NCBI GenBank assembly: GCA_049970895.1
Contig: JBMFMB010000002.1
Coordinates: 1 to 64,000 of the forward strand
Source of the DNA: Candidatus Bathyarchaeia archaeon
GTDB lineage: Archaea > Thermoproteota > Bathyarchaeia > Bathyarchaeales > Bathycorpusculaceae
Length of the DNA: 64,000 bases
Direction of reading: 5' to 3'
Shown: positions 57,438 through 64,000 of the stretch, piece by piece
Layout: every line of letters starts with the position of its first letter
Position numbering within the stretch: position 1 is the first letter of the stretch
Notes under the pieces: model-generated
Databases searched by the model: none
What the model was told of the DNA's origin: nothing
Seen by the model: the letters and a program-made list of their open reading frames with translations, nothing else
Made by a program: the position numbers and the translations under genes

Positions 57438-57929
57438 GTGCCAAAATGGGGATACTCCATACCAGAAGAAGCATTAGACCCAGAAAAAACGGTTAAGGCA
57501 AGCGGGCGAGAGGTTAGGGTATCCCATAAATCCACCCGTGAAATATGCAACGCAATAAAGGGCATGATGCTTTCAGAAGCGAAAAAGTTTTTGAGAGATG
57601 TTATAGCCAAAAAGAGAGCTGTCCCATTTACAAGGTTTAAGAAGAAAGCTGCCCATCGTCGTGGGTTGGAAAAGGCTTATGCTGGCAGATACCCCGTAAA
57701 GGCGGCTAAACAAATCCTAAAAATTCTTGAAGGCGCTGAAGCTAACGCAGAGAATAAGGGATTAGACACTGAAAGGCTCAAAATAATTCATGCTTCGGCT
57801 TATCCTGGAATGAAGATTAAACGTTACATGCCGAGGGCTTTTGGTAGAGCCACGCCAAAATTTGAAACCTTAACCCACATTGAACTAGCCCTAGAAGAGC
57901 AACCCGAAGCTGTCGCGGAGGAAGCCTAA
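57438..57929 (+). CDS. rpl22: 50S ribosomal protein L22
   Basis: PKWGYS, GRYPVKAA, PRAFGRA; GTG start at 57438. Confidence 0.96.
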   Translation: MPKWGYSIPEEALDPEKTVKASGREVRVSHKSTREICNAIKGMMLSEAKKFLRDVIAKKRAVPFTRFKKKAAHRRGLEKAYAGRYPVKAAKQILKILEGAEANAENKGLDTERLKIIHASAYPGMKIKRYMPRAFGRATPKFETLTHIELALEEQPEAVAEEA

Positions 57930-58624
57930 TGTCCGTCGTTAAACATTTTATTTCAAAGTCGAGGAAGAGGGCGGAAATCGACGAATTTCTGCAGAAAAAA
58001 CTTGAGAAGGCCGGTTATGGCGGGGTAAACATTTCAGAAACCCCCCTCGGAACCCACATAGTCATTTATGCTATGCGCCCAGGCCTTGTGATAGGAAGGA
58101 GCGGCGAAACCATAAGGGAACTCGCAAAAATACTGGAAGAGAAATTTAAGGTTCCGAACCCACAAATCTCAGTTTCAGAAATCGAGGTTCCAGAGCTAAA
58201 CCCATACATTGTTGCCACCCGCATAGCCTCAGCCCTAGAGAGAGGTGTGCACTTTAGACGCGCTGGTTTCTGGGCTTTAAACCAGGTTATGGAAGCTGGC
58301 GCCTTAGGAGCTGAGATAATCATTAGTGGGAAATTACGAACTGAACGTGCCAGATATGAAAAGTTTAGAAGCGGCTACTTGCCAAAATGTGGAGACCCAG
58401 CCCTAAAGTATATGCGAAAAGCCGAAGTGCATGTCCAGCTTAAACCGGGCATTTACGGCGTAAAGGTTAGGATAATGCCACCAGACGCCAAGTTTCCAGA
58501 TAAAATCCAAATAGTTGAGGCTCCACCGACAGAGGAAAAACACGAAGAGGCTTTAGAAGAGGTTCAAACAGAGGAGACCAAAGATGCAAGCGAGGAAGAA
58601 GGAGAGGAGGAGGCTGCCGAGTAA
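57929..58624 (+). CDS. rps3: 30S ribosomal protein S3
   Basis: AGYGG, RPGLVIGRSG, SGKLRTERAR, GIYGVKVRI; acidic tail. Confidence 0.97.
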   Translation: MSVVKHFISKSRKRAEIDEFLQKKLEKAGYGGVNISETPLGTHIVIYAMRPGLVIGRSGETIRELAKILEEKFKVPNPQISVSEIEVPELNPYIVATRIASALERGVHFRRAGFWALNQVMEAGALGAEIIISGKLRTERARYEKFRSGYLPKCGDPALKYMRKAEVHVQLKPGIYGVKVRIMPPDAKFPDKIQIVEAPPTEEKHEEALEEVQTEETKDASEEEGEEEAAE

Positions 58625-58864
58625 ATGCCAATAATTAGGGTTAAGGAAATAAGGGAAATGTCCCCGGAAGAACGCCTTAAAAAGCTTAACGAGTTTAAAA
58701 CAGAGCTTCTTAGGCTTAAAACTATGGTTAAGGCTGGTGGTACGGTAGAAAATCCTGCAAGGATAAAGGAGCTGCGAAGGGCAATTGCTAGAATATTGAC
58801 CATAGAAAATGAGCAAAAACTTGAAGCTAAAAAGGCAGAGGGCAAGGAGAAGAGAGACAAATGA
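58625..58864 (+). CDS. rpl29: 50S ribosomal protein L29
   Basis: EIREMS, ENPARIKELRRAIARILT. Confidence 0.96.
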   Translation: MPIIRVKEIREMSPEERLKKLNEFKTELLRLKTMVKAGGTVENPARIKELRRAIARILTIENEQKLEAKKAEGKEKRDK

Positions 58865-59142
58865 AGGTGACGCCAGACGTAATCCGCTACGAGTTCATCG
58901 GAACCGAGGCGAAAGTTGCTCGAAGCACTCACTGCGGCTACGTTGGGTTACGTGGCAAAATAATTGACGAGACACGAAACACTTTCACCATGCTCCATGA
59001 TGGTAAAAGGAAAATTGTTGTGAAAGATTCTTCTGTTTTCCATTTCAAGTTCCCCGACGGAACTGTTGTTGAAATTGATGGTAAGCTTCTTGTTGGAAGA
59101 CCTGAAGACCGACTTAAAAAGCGTGTTAGGAGGCTTTGGTGA
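58861..59142 (+). CDS. rnp1: Ribonuclease P protein component 1 (Rpp29)
   Basis: EFIG, GKIIDETRNT, IDGKLLVGRPEDR; conserved position in the operon. Confidence 0.93.
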   Translation: MKVTPDVIRYEFIGTEAKVARSTHCGYVGLRGKIIDETRNTFTMLHDGKRKIVVKDSSVFHFKFPDGTVVEIDGKLLVGRPEDRLKKRVRRLW

Positions 59143-59462
59143 TGGCACTAACCTTTAAAAAGCCTAAGAAAACATGCAATGACCGCAACTGCCCATTCCA
59201 TGGGAATCTTCCAATAAGAGGCCGAATATTAGAGGGTGTGGTTGTAAGCGCCAAAATGGATAAAACCGTCATAGTGCGCCACGACTATTTGAAATACGTT
59301 CCAAAATTCATGAGGTATGAAAGGCGCCGCAGCCGCATTCCATCCCATAACCCGCCATGTATAGACGCAAAAGAGGGCGACCGTGTCGTAATAGCTGAAT
59401 GCCGACCAATAAGCAAGACAGTCTCCTTCGTAGTGGTGGAGAAGAAGGAGGAGGCGAAGTAG
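59142..59462 (+). CDS. rps17: 30S ribosomal protein S17
   Basis: [28 protein letters not shown]. Confidence 0.97.
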   Translation: MALTFKKPKKTCNDRNCPFHGNLPIRGRILEGVVVSAKMDKTVIVRHDYLKYVPKFMRYERRRSRIPSHNPPCIDAKEGDRVVIAECRPISKTVSFVVVEKKEEAK

Positions 59463-59463
59463 A

Positions 59464-59904
59464 ATGGCGGCAAAAGCGAAAACAAGGGGTCTAGTTGCTA
59501 AAGGGGTGATTGGTCAGAGACCAAAAATCTCCAGGGGTTTGCCAGCCGGCTCTATCCTGAAATGTGCCGACAACACTGGAGCCCGAGAGCTGCGCCTAAT
59601 ACAGGTTATGGGTTATAAGGGTAGGCTTAGGCGTGTGCCCTCCGCGGCTGTCGGCGACCGCATAACAGTCTCTGTTAAGCATGGCACACCGGACATGAGG
59701 AAGAAAATTTTCCAAGCGGTTGTTGTCAGGCAGAGAATGCCCTTCAGAAGGGCTGACGGCGTCTGGGTTCAATTTGAAGACAATGCCGCGGTAATAATAA
59801 CTCCGGAGGGCGAGATGAAAGGCTCTGAAATCCGCGGACCGGTGGCGAAGGAGGCGGCTGAAAGGTGGCCCAGAATAGCAAGTGCCGCCAGCATCATAAT
59901 ATAA
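59464..59904 (+). CDS. rpl14: 50S ribosomal protein L14
   Basis: [25 protein letters not shown]. Confidence 0.97.
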   Translation: MAAKAKTRGLVAKGVIGQRPKISRGLPAGSILKCADNTGARELRLIQVMGYKGRLRRVPSAAVGDRITVSVKHGTPDMRKKIFQAVVVRQRMPFRRADGVWVQFEDNAAVIITPEGEMKGSEIRGPVAKEAAERWPRIASAASIII

Positions 59905-59918
59905 TGTGGTGAAGTTAT

Positions 59919-60542
59919 ATGCAGACAATAGCCCAAACATCAAAACCTTCAAAACAAAGGAAAATGCTCTTCCAAGCCCCAGACCACATACGCTATAAGC
60001 ATTTCGCCGCACCATTGGCACCAGAGCTTAGAAAATCTTATGGAACTAGAAGTCTTCCTGTAAGGAGTGGCGACACGGTTCGCGTTTTAAAGGGAGACCA
60101 CAAAGGGTTTGAGGGAAAAGTTGCCCGCGTTGATAGGAAAAAGTTTAGAATTTATGTTGAAGGCTTAACCCGTGAGAAGGTTGACGGCTCAACAGTTTTT
60201 GTTCCAATCCATCCGTCAAAGGTTATGATAACAAAGCTTAACCTTGACGACAAGTGGCGAAAGAAAATTCTGGAAAGGCGCAAGAAAGCCAAAGAAGCCA
60301 TAGAAAAAGTTGTGGAAAAACCGCCAGAAGAAGTAAAAGTTGTTGAAGAAAAACCAGTCGAGGAGAAGCCTTCAGTCATAGAAGAGCTACCACCGCCAGA
60401 AGAGAAAAAGCCAGCGGGGAGGAAAAGAGCCGCGAAGAAGCCTAAGGAAAAAGTTGCAGAAAAAGCGGAGGAAAAGGCGCCAGAGAAAAAGAAAAGGACT
60501 GGAGGAAAGCGCAAGAAAACGGAGGAATCCAAGCTTGGGTAG
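59919..60542 (+). CDS. rpl24: 50S ribosomal protein L24 with long charged C-terminal tail
   Basis: SKPSKQRK, GDTVRVLKGD, PIHPSKVMITKL. Confidence 0.96.
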   Translation: MQTIAQTSKPSKQRKMLFQAPDHIRYKHFAAPLAPELRKSYGTRSLPVRSGDTVRVLKGDHKGFEGKVARVDRKKFRIYVEGLTREKVDGSTVFVPIHPSKVMITKLNLDDKWRKKILERRKKAKEAIEKVVEKPPEEVKVVEEKPVEEKPSVIEELPPPEEKKPAGRKRAAKKPKEKVAEKAEEKAPEKKKRTGGKRKKTEESKLG

Positions 60543-61293
60543 GAAAGGCGGCTCAACAACCCTAAAACGGAAGCCTGCGCCTAGAATTTGGCCAATACAT
60601 AGGAAAGAGTATGTTTGGGTTGTGAAGCCTACTCCTGGCCCCCACTCTTTGGAAAGTTGTCTGCCCATAACCTTGCTTTTGCGTGACATTTTGGGTGTTG
60701 CAAAAACAAGGAAGGAAGCAAAAATAATAACTGCTCAGGGAAAGGTTTACGTTGATGGAAAAGTCAGATGGGACGACAAGTTTCCAACGGGACTTATGGA
60801 TGTGGTTTCGCTTCCCGATTTGGATAAACATTTCCGCATATTACCATCCAATAAGGGTTTAATTCTCCATCCCATAAGCAAGGAGGAAGCCAGCTTCAAG
60901 CTTTGCAGAATAGAGAACAAAACCATAGTAAAGAATGGGCATATACAACTGAATCTCCACGACGGTTCGAACGTGCTTGTTAAAGTTGCCGACCCAAAGA
61001 ACCCTCAAGAGGATGTTTACAGCACCTTTGACACCGTTAAAATCAGTCTTCCCGATAGGCAAATTCTCGGGCACATTAAGATGAAAGAGAACGACTATGT
61101 AATAATCACTGGTGGGAAAAACGTAGGAAAGCACGGCAGAATTGTTGAAATCGAGAAGGTTAAGGGTAAAAAGCGCAAAGACGCCATAGTAACAGTGGAG
61201 GACGAGAAGGGCAACCGTTACCAGACAATTATGGATTTCGTTTTTGCCGTGGGCGAGGAAAAACCGCTGATATCTTTGCCGGAGGCTTCATAG
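60535..61293 (+). CDS. rps4e: 30S ribosomal protein S4e
   Basis: LKRKPAP..WPI.RK, PGPH, VDGKVR.D..FP.GLMDV, QLNLHDG, TGGKNVG. Confidence 0.96.
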   Translation: MGRKGGSTTLKRKPAPRIWPIHRKEYVWVVKPTPGPHSLESCLPITLLLRDILGVAKTRKEAKIITAQGKVYVDGKVRWDDKFPTGLMDVVSLPDLDKHFRILPSNKGLILHPISKEEASFKLCRIENKTIVKNGHIQLNLHDGSNVLVKVADPKNPQEDVYSTFDTVKISLPDRQILGHIKMKENDYVIITGGKNVGKHGRIVEIEKVKGKKRKDAIVTVEDEKGNRYQTIMDFVFAVGEEKPLISLPEAS

Positions 61294-61294
61294 G

Positions 61295-61834
61295 ATGTCT
61301 GAGGATGAAATTAGAAAGAAGTGGGAGGAAAATCCGATGCTAAAACCAAGGATAGAAAAGGTTGTCGTTAACATAAGCGTTGGAAAGTCAGGCGAGCCTC
61401 TTGAAAAGGCTGCAAAGGTGCTGAAGGATTTGACTGGGCAAACGCCTTGCAAGCGGAAGGCAAAGAAAACCATTAGAGATTTCGGAATAAGAAGAGGTGA
61501 ACCGATGGCTTGTATTGTCACTCTTAGAAAGCAGAAAGCCATAGAATTCCTAAAGAAAGTCTTACATGTGGTTGATTATAAGATTCCGAAAAGCTGTTTT
61601 GATAGGTTTGGTAACTTCGCATTTGGAATAAAGGAGCATATTGAAATCCCAGGGGTCAAATATGACCCTGAAATAGGGATTTTCGGCATGGACGTATGTG
61701 TGTCCCTGAGCAGACCAGGGTGGCGTGTTAAAAACAGGCGGAGGGGCAAGGCAAAGATAGGTTCAAGTCATCTTTTAACGCCCGAGGAGGCTATGGTTTT
61801 TGTTAAAGACACTTTGGGGGTTGAAATAGTTTAA
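61295..61834 (+). CDS. rpl5: 50S ribosomal protein L5
   Basis: [39 protein letters not shown]. Confidence 0.97.
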   Translation: MSEDEIRKKWEENPMLKPRIEKVVVNISVGKSGEPLEKAAKVLKDLTGQTPCKRKAKKTIRDFGIRRGEPMACIVTLRKQKAIEFLKKVLHVVDYKIPKSCFDRFGNFAFGIKEHIEIPGVKYDPEIGIFGMDVCVSLSRPGWRVKNRRRGKAKIGSSHLLTPEEAMVFVKDTLGVEIV

Positions 61835-61857
61835 TCAGCTGTTTAGAGGGAGAATTT

Positions 61858-62022
61858 ATGGGTAAAAAGAAGCCTAAAAAGGAAAGAAAATATGGCAAGG
61901 GTGCCAGACCATGCGTAAGATGCGGCTCATATGGCCCCATTATACGGCGTTATAATTTATATTTGTGTAGGCATTGTTTTAGGGAAGTAGCCAAAAAGCT
62001 TGGTTTCCAAAAATATGAGTGA
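61858..62022 (+). CDS. rps14: 30S ribosomal protein S14, Zn-binding type (not in ORF track)
   Basis: [54 protein letters not shown]. Confidence 0.96.
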   Translation: MGKKKPKKERKYGKGARPCVRCGSYGPIIRRYNLYLCRHCFREVAKKLGFQKYE

Positions 62023-62032
62023 TGAGGAAAGC

Positions 62033-62419
62033 ATGATGGATGTGCTGTCAAATGGCCTAACAACAATATTAAACAATGAGATGCGCAACAAACGTGAATG
62101 TGTGATTAGCCCAGCCTCTAAACTTTTGGGCAAAGTTTTGAGGGTTATGCAGTTAAACGGCTACATTGGCGAATTCGAATTTATAGATGATGGACGCTCT
62201 GGAAAGTTCAAAGTTCAGCTTTTGGGCAGAATAAATAAGTGTGGCGCCATAAGGCCACGGTTCGCTGTTAAGGTTAACGAAATTGAGGATTGGGAGAAGA
62301 AGTTTCTGCCATCAAGAGAAGTGGGGCTACTAATAATCTCAACTTCAAAGGGTGTACTGTCTCACAGAGAGGCCAAGGAAAAAGGCATCGGAGGCAGACT
62401 CTTAGCCTACGTCTATTAA
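62033..62419 (+). CDS. rps8: 30S ribosomal protein S8
   Basis: [43 protein letters not shown]. Confidence 0.97.
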   Translation: MMDVLSNGLTTILNNEMRNKRECVISPASKLLGKVLRVMQLNGYIGEFEFIDDGRSGKFKVQLLGRINKCGAIRPRFAVKVNEIEDWEKKFLPSREVGLLIISTSKGVLSHREAKEKGIGGRLLAYVY

Positions 62420-62432
62420 GGGGGATTTGCAG

Positions 62433-62981
62433 ATGCGGGCTGTTGAAGTCTCAAAGGTTGTTCAAATTCCAGATGATGTGGAATTAACCCTCGAAGGCAA
62501 AAAAGTGACTGTTAAAGGCGCAAAGGGAACTTTAACAAGAGACTTCTCCTACGCCCCAGTTTCAATGGAGTTGAAGGGTAAAAGCCTCCGCATTTGGGCT
62601 AATTGGCCTCGCAAAAAAGAGAGCGCCTTAGTCGGCACAATTTATGCCCACATTAACAATATGATTACCGGAGTTAGGAAAGGCTTCACGTATAAGCTGA
62701 AGATAGTTTTCTCCCACTTCCCAATTTCAGTTAAGGTTCAAGATGGAATGGTGCTTATTGAAAACTTTACCGGTGAAAGAAACCCGAGGAAGGCAAAAAT
62801 TGTCGGTGACGCCAAAGTGAAGGTTGTCGGTGACGACGTAATAGTTCAAGGAATAAACCTTGAAGATGTAAGCCAAACAGCCGCCAACATAGAGCAAGCC
62901 ACAAAAGTGCGGAGGAGAGACCCCCGCGTCTTCTTGGACGGCATATACCTATACGAGAAAAGCGAGGGAATGGAGGCATGA
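62433..62981 (+). CDS. rpl6: 50S ribosomal protein L6
   Basis: [30 protein letters not shown]. Confidence 0.97.
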   Translation: MRAVEVSKVVQIPDDVELTLEGKKVTVKGAKGTLTRDFSYAPVSMELKGKSLRIWANWPRKKESALVGTIYAHINNMITGVRKGFTYKLKIVFSHFPISVKVQDGMVLIENFTGERNPRKAKIVGDAKVKVVGDDVIVQGINLEDVSQTAANIEQATKVRRRDPRVFLDGIYLYEKSEGMEA

Positions 62982-63544
62982 AAGAACAAAACCCAGCTGT
63001 TGTGGAAAAAGCCTTAAGGATAAGGGCTAAACTCAAAAAGAAAAAGCCTGACTTTGTACGGCAGGAAAGCTGGCGTTACGACCGGTTAAAGGAGAACTGG
63101 CGAAGGCCAAAGGGCATAGACAACAAAATGAGGAGAAAAATTAAGGGCTGGCCCCAAACAGTAAACGTTGGATATAGGGGACCGAAAGCCGCTAGAGGGC
63201 TTCATCCATCCGGCTGTGAAGAGGTTTTAGTGCATAATGTTGACGAACTTAAGAAGGTGAACCCAAAAACCCAGGCTGTGCGAATCGCCCACACCGTTGG
63301 CAGAAGGACTAGACTGCAAATTCTTGCAGAGGCTAGAAAGAAGAAAATAACAGTATTAAATGTGGGAGTTAAGGAAGAAGAAAAGAGAGAAGAAGCGGAA
63401 AAAGCTGAGGCTGAAGAAAAGGAAAAGGCTGAAAAAGAGGCCTGGAAGGAAAAAGCTGAGGAAGAAAAGCCGATTGAGGAAGAGAAACCGAAGCCTAAGC
63501 GTAAGAGGGCGAAGAAAAGCGAGGGAGGGGAAAGAGAAAAGTGA
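62978..63544 (+). CDS. rpl32e: 50S ribosomal protein L32e with charged C-terminal tail
   Basis: [33 protein letters not shown]. Confidence 0.96.
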   Translation: MKEQNPAVVEKALRIRAKLKKKKPDFVRQESWRYDRLKENWRRPKGIDNKMRRKIKGWPQTVNVGYRGPKAARGLHPSGCEEVLVHNVDELKKVNPKTQAVRIAHTVGRRTRLQILAEARKKKITVLNVGVKEEEKREEAEKAEAEEKEKAEKEAWKEKAEEEKPIEEEKPKPKRKRAKKSEGGEREK

Positions 63545-63996
63545 CAAGTCTGAAAAGCCAAAGACGGCTAGCAGCCCAAATATTGAAGGTTGGTCAAGAT
63601 AGGGTTTGGATAGACCCTAATAGGATAGAGGATGTTGAAGCCGCCATAACCCGTGAGGAGATTAGGAAGCTTATCCACGAGGGTGTGATTAAGCCTTTAA
63701 AGGAGAAAGGTGTCAGCCGGGCAAGGGCAAGAATTGTTCACCAAAAGAGGAAAAAGGGTTTAAGGCGGGGACGAGGAAGCAAAAGCGGCGCGGTTCGGGC
63801 GAAAATTTCTAAAAAGGAGGTTTGGATGAACAAGGTTCGGGCATTGAGGAAGAGGCTTCGCGAGTTAAAGGCTAACAAAATAATCACTGAAAGCACCTAT
63901 AGAAAGCTCTACACAATGGTTAAAAGTGGAAGGTTCACGTCTGTCACCGACATGGAAAGGTTCTTAAAAGCTCATGACCTCTGGAGGAAACGCTGA
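63541..63996 (+). CDS. rpl19e: 50S ribosomal protein L19e
   Basis: [37 protein letters not shown]. Confidence 0.97.
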   Translation: MTSLKSQRRLAAQILKVGQDRVWIDPNRIEDVEAAITREEIRKLIHEGVIKPLKEKGVSRARARIVHQKRKKGLRRGRGSKSGAVRAKISKKEVWMNKVRALRKRLRELKANKIITESTYRKLYTMVKSGRFTSVTDMERFLKAHDLWRKR

Positions 63997-64000
63997 TGGC

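Noticed and set aside
57300-59142. Ribosomal operon starting at rpl22 and lacking a SUI1/aIF1 gene after rpl29
   Set aside because: Splits and gene losses in this operon are frequent in archaea and not informative alone.

Overview
Archaeal chromosomal window, most likely an anaerobic Bathyarchaeia-like organism. This assignment is inferred from archaeal ribosomal proteins (S4e, L32e, L19e), Rnp1, tetraether synthase, an Ftr-family protein, tungsten AOR and EndoQ. It is gene-dense and mostly metabolic or housekeeping: FAD oxidoreductase and AOR, proS, apgM, EndoQ, TldD/PmbA, an alpha-glucan cluster (GH57, GT4 genes and a decayed GT4 pseudogene), gcvH/CoA-disulfide-reductase-like/gap/pgk, two convergent purine operons, tRNA-Gly(CCC) followed by a bacterial-type rsmH, small membrane genes, a complete beta-oxidation/ETF operon, tes divergent from trmB-hypFCD, hypE, and the rpl22-rpl19e ribosomal operon. 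I found no CRISPR array, integrase or transposase. The best candidate for an undescribed system is in the purine cluster. It encodes steps 1, 2, 4 and 5 (purF, purD, purSLQ, purM) but has no purN or purT. Directly behind purF-purD sits a HAD phosphatase / Ftr-paralog / PfkB kinase trio (EhaR/EhaS/EhaT-like), a plausible methanopterin- or methanofuran-dependent replacement for GAR transformylase. All calls come from motif recognition by eye; no database searches were run.
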